Part shown: piece by piece, positions 60,401 to 64,000 of the stretch | Layout: every line of letters starts with the position of its first letter | Position numbering within the stretch: the stretch's first letter is position 1 | From: Asterias rubens | Taxonomy: Eukaryota | Assembly: GCF_902459465.1 (NCBI RefSeq) | Contig: NC_047082.1 | Location: 6,262,001-6,326,000, forward strand | Length of the DNA: 64,000 nucleotides | Reading direction: 5' to 3' | The notes under the pieces: model-generated | Seen by the model: only the letters and a program-made list of their open reading frames with translations | What the model was told of the DNA's origin: nothing | Databases searched by the model: none | Made by a program: the position numbers and the translations under genes

Positions 60401-63400
60401 TTTATTCTTCATTATTATCTCGCAAGTTCGATGACCAATTGAGCTCAAATTTTCACAGGTTTGTTATTTTATGCTTATGTTGAGATACACCAACTGTGAA
60501 GGCTAGTCTTTGACAATTACCAATAGTGTCCACTGTCTTTAAGCAACTCCTGGAACTCTAAATTTCAATGAGCTTCTGCTGAACTGTATACTCAGCTTTA
60601 GATAAAGTAGACGGAGGACCAGGGTTTCTTTGTAATCTGATGACAAAAACAGCAACACTCGCAGAGGTTTTAAAGGCCTGAACCTGGAAACAAGGTTATA
60701 AACGTCCAACGTCCCATCCTTACTAACACATCTGCACATGTTTTCTTTTTAAACTAAAGGATTGCAGAATGTGTTAATATTGTGACTTGCCATTAACAGC
60801 GTTGAAATGCATACCTTCCCCTGAGCTACGGTTAAGTGTTCTCTTCCGTCTGTCAAAGATAAAGTAAAACAGGAAAAAGAAAGAAAACAATTACGTGTCA
60901 CTCAGCAACGATTAGTTGCAGTTCTTAGATAATTTATGCATTGTAAATGGTTCATCACTACCACTGCTCACAGGAAAAAGCTAAATAGCATATGAGTTAA
61001 AGTAAATTGGTTAGCAGGAATATTTTACTTAAAAGTTTTTGCGAACATTTCATATAGAGTTGTCTATGTCCAATTTTTTTTAATTAAAAGCCCCAGATAA
61101 ATATGAAAGCAGCATAAGGCTATGTAAATATGAAACTTCAAATGAACCAACTGTAACGGGCATCCTGTCCTGCTTGTTTCTGCCAAATGTGTAAAGCAGT
61201 ATTGTTTTTATTTGAACGAATGTCCCTCTCATCGAGGAAATGACAAACAAATGAGACTGTAGTAATTACCTTTTTTTGAAGATCAAAGCCGATATAACAC
61301 AAATCACGACAAGTAACATCAATGGGCCAACAATTGCAGCTACCAGTGGAATTTCACTTTGCGGAACTGCCAAAGACATTGTTATGTAATGTTTGTACTG
61401 AATTAAATCAGATGTTCCAACCAAATTCTCAATTTTATGGAAATAAAGTTCACATGAGTTGACTTTGACAGTATTTGGGGTTAATTGCACTTTGAGGCAC
61501 TGCCAAAAAAGATAACAATGTTTAAGTTTTGAAAGTTATCTATTGTTGTTGACATTGACGTTGAGCTAACATTTTCGACGTCGAGTGAAAAAATGTCGCA
61601 AATAATAATATGACACTGAAAACAACCCGTGCAGGATTCCAAATTAAGTTTTTTTTTTCGAAAAGCTGGCCGCCTAGTTTTGTAAATTTGTCAGTAAAGA
61701 ACAAACATTGCATGATAACTGCATTACAAACTTTTCTTTATATCCATAGTATGGAAACTCATAAATTATCATTAGTACTTAATGAAGGAACCACTCATTA
61801 TTGTTCCTCTTCATGCTTCACTTTAAAACAACCTGGGATGCTTTAAAGCAGAATTGCTACAATATGATCAATATTGGGCAGTTAATTACCTTGAACTCTG
61901 AGCGGTTCACTCCACTTAACAGCATAAGTCTACAACGAAAATTGAGAGATAACAACACATTAAACAGACCAAAAGCTTGCGCGAGCCGGGTGACGTAGCA
62001 ACTGTCTTGATAGTCTTGCGAATTCAAATGTAAGCGTTTTACTTGTTTTCAAGTTTTAGTGTTACACTGCCTCAACACTGCCTTAACTTTATGGACCAAT
62101 CTCCCAGAACAGTTACAAAACATTGACTCAATTGTTAGTCCGCACTTATTTAACATTGAATTCATCCTGTTTTGTTTAGTACATCTTGTGTTCTATTGTG
62201 TTTTTTCTCTAGAGCGCTTAGAGACATGTTGAACAACTATGTGTTATGCTCTTTACACGAATGGTTAATTATTATGACTATTTTATAAATAAAAAAACAG
62301 ACGTCATACGGCTCACCGATTGAGAAGTCCTACTGACTGATCCTAGGTAGATGTCATACAGAGTGTTGCTTTCCAGGGGTTTGTTCACGTTATTTCCCAG
62401 TGTTTCTCCGTCACCCACAGTGAATGTTGCAGGGAGATCAGTCTTATGTATTTCTGCAGCTACATAATCAATAGCTGGTGCAGTGGATCCCATGGTGTCC
62501 CTTCTAGTGACTGTCCGTATACGGCGCACACCGATTTGAATGCCTCTACACAATGCACAAACATGTTCGTGAGTGAGCACTTCAGTTTTCATTAGTAAAA
62601 ACATTTCTAGAGTAAGGTAAATGTCCGCGCAAATTTAAACAAACAATTGAAGTGATGCTTCATAATTTTTAAACTCGAGTTATAACGAGTCAAAAAGTAT
62701 ACGGTTCATTTGGAGTAATTTATTTGTCTGCTGTGGAAGAATAAATCATATTTGAATGGATGGTACGACCTCTACTATTCATTTGCTTGGACTTCATGAA
62801 GTTCTTGCCAGGTGAAGTCCTTTTTGGACATTCATACGATTTTATGTGTTCTTTAATTGTATCTTGAAGATGCCTTTGGGGCTTGTTTTGAATAAGTTTG
62901 TTTTTATGATTGAAACAATTAATAAACAAATTTATATTTAAAAAAAAAAAAATACACATAGGAAACTTCAAGTTAATGCAACACTATACAAGAGTGCACA
63001 ATAATCAGGCAAATTATTAGAAATGAATTCAGTGCTGATTGACCGACCTTAAACTTGGATTCAGATCTATTAATAACACCTTACCAAGATTAACAAAGAA
63101 CAAGGCTGACCTCAAACTTGCATCATTTCTACTTACGTAATGTATTTTGAGGAGGATGGAAGGTTCACAGCAATAGTGACTGTGGAAGAAGTCAAATGTG
63201 AGATATCGTTTTTGGAAAGCTGGGTCGGAGCAGAAAGATCTGTAAAGTCAAAGAAAAAATGTAGTTTTACCAAGGAAACATTCTTTATTTAAAGCATCAT
63301 AAGAGAGCATCTCAAAATTCAAATGGTTGGACTGTTTTAATTTGATCGGTGAGTATTCTAGAGTGTGTATATATTCCGTTAAACTGGTAGTTTCTATCAC

Positions 63401-63722
63401 CAACATGTGTTAATCCAAATCTCATAAAGAAACTAAATTACTCAAGTAAGAGTGTTATAATTACATAAAATCGTTTCACTTAAATGTTCACTTAATTTTT
63501 ACTTCCGAAAATACCTGTTTCAACTGCAGTAAATGTGTCCATTATTGTTTTCTCTCCAACACCAACACTGTTGAAACCTTCCAGTAAGAAATCATATTTT
63601 GTGGAGGGTTCTAAACCACTTATGTTGCGGTGCATATCTGATGGTTCTATATCAACCGTCTCGAATGAGTTGGTTGGACTGAAGTTGGCGTCATAAGGTT
63701 TTTCCAGCACCCTGTATGAGAG
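49685..63722 (-). CDS. Receptor-type protein tyrosine phosphatase (FN3 repeats, TM, single D2-like PTP domain); 5' part outside window
   Basis: Phase-compatible exons: 63515-63722 (FN3), 63137-63239, 62317-62545 (YVAAEI...FTVGDGETLGN...NKPL), 61890-61929, 61270-61366 (TM), 60815-60849, 59450-59850 (ends GFLFDYE), 56399-56498 (KKNRF), 56014-56090 (HINAC), 55594-55728 (DMWRMVYDY), 54962-55081/55093 (YWPE), 53442-53587 (NWPV), 52823-52958 (DGEGVSGTFCA), 49685-49756 (EQYEFIY...stop). Confidence 0.9.
49900..51900. mobile_element. Composite repeat with ~148-bp degenerate internal units and a terminal hairpin (Helentron/HINE-like)
   Basis: CTTCCGGTTTGAACCGGAAG-type motifs at about 148-bp spacing (49943-50690); duplicated block at 51390-51500 and 51700-51810; hairpin TAGGTGTTCGTGC-ATCA-GCACGAACACCTA at 51871-51900. 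Family assignment is inference. Confidence 0.5.
52364..52842. repeat. ~71-73 bp tandem repeat, ~7 copies, each containing the exon end and splice donor of the PTP exon 52823-52958
   Basis: CTTACCTGTGACTGCACCAATC (minus strand GATTGGTGCAGTCACAG|GTAAG) recurs at about 52388, 52463, 52534, 52605, 52676, 52747 and 52818. Confidence 0.92.
54350..54915. repeat. 127-bp tandem repeat, ~4 copies
   Basis: GTGACCAGTTGAGACAGCCTTAAGCC at 54504, 54631 and 54758, with degenerate flanking units. Confidence 0.88.
57175..59200. mobile_element. Nest of foldback/MITE-like elements rich in CGAA/TTCG motifs
   Basis: GCTACTCTCACACTTGG (about 57305) and CCAAGTGTGAGAGAAGC (about 59115) form an inverted pair; ACTTCCTGC...GCAGGAAGT inverted pair at 57187/58005; internal direct and inverted blocks at 57610-57680, 58630-58700 and 58820-58860. 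A related short copy lies at 28985-29120. Confidence 0.65.
57401..57570 (-). repeat. (AAT)29 microsatellite forming the tail of a short non-LTR 3' fragment
   Basis: The minus strand reads ...GTGCGCATTACAAGTC(TTA)n, a LINE/SINE-type 3' end. Confidence 0.8.
59587..59750 (-). repeat. 12-bp coding repeat (4-aa A/T/S/P units) inside the PTP juxtamembrane exon
   Basis: GTGGCTGGT core repeated; translates ATAPAISPATSPATAPATTPATAPANSP... Confidence 0.85.
60156..60542. mobile_element. Kolobok-like TTAA MITE
   Basis: TTAAAGGCAGTGGAC ... GTGTCCACTGTCTTTAA. Confidence 0.85.
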
Positions 63723-64000
63723 CTGTATAATGTTTGTAAAATGGGGAAACACACTTATTATAGATATATATACTTTCACACTCGCTATAGAAGTAAATTA
63801 AGTTGAGGTTCCTAGCAAATTTTAATTATGTTTAAAGGAAATTGAACTGAAGGTTAAAAACAATTGTTACTTTGGTTTAAAGTTTGGTTTGGTTTTAGTC
63901 TGTTGTCTGTCTTGTCCTGTATGGCATTCTCAAATCAAGCAAATGCTTACCGGGGATTGCCACCATTTATCTTACTCTGTCCTTTTTCTACTATTATTAT

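Noticed and set aside
63940-64000. Next upstream PTP exon near the window edge (donor-like GTAAGC at about 63950)
   Set aside because: The phase and translation could not be reconciled with the 63722 exon from the available sequence.

Overview
Intron-rich, AT-rich animal genomic DNA. It is probably an echinoderm such as a sea star, an inference from the Deu-core SINE, the TTAA-flanked MITE families and the C-type lectin-PAN gene. Three host loci lie on the minus strand. (1) An SLC5 sodium:solute symporter of the SMCT/SMVT/NIS group has nine phase-compatible exons (13694 to 481, continuing off the left edge) plus a second, diverged but intact first coding exon at 18440-18784 that has no downstream exons of its own. 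(2) An intronless C-type lectin-PAN gene at about 45818-46560 is broken by an in-frame stop and a frameshift. (3) The 3' half of a receptor-type protein tyrosine phosphatase (63722 to 49685) appears to carry only a degenerate D2-type domain, with no D1 exons. A full-length, very young Ty3/Gypsy LTR retrotransposon sits at 19053-27191 (614-bp LTRs differing at one base, ATAG target duplication). It has gag, a -1-frameshifted pol and, in the env position, a third ORF encoding an SGNH/GDSL hydrolase with an intact Ser-Asp-His triad. The rest is MITEs, SINE/LINE fragments and tandem arrays, one of which has multiplied a 5' splice site of the phosphatase gene. Everything was read by eye: exon boundaries come from GT-AG and phase logic, family names from motif recognition, and no database search was run.
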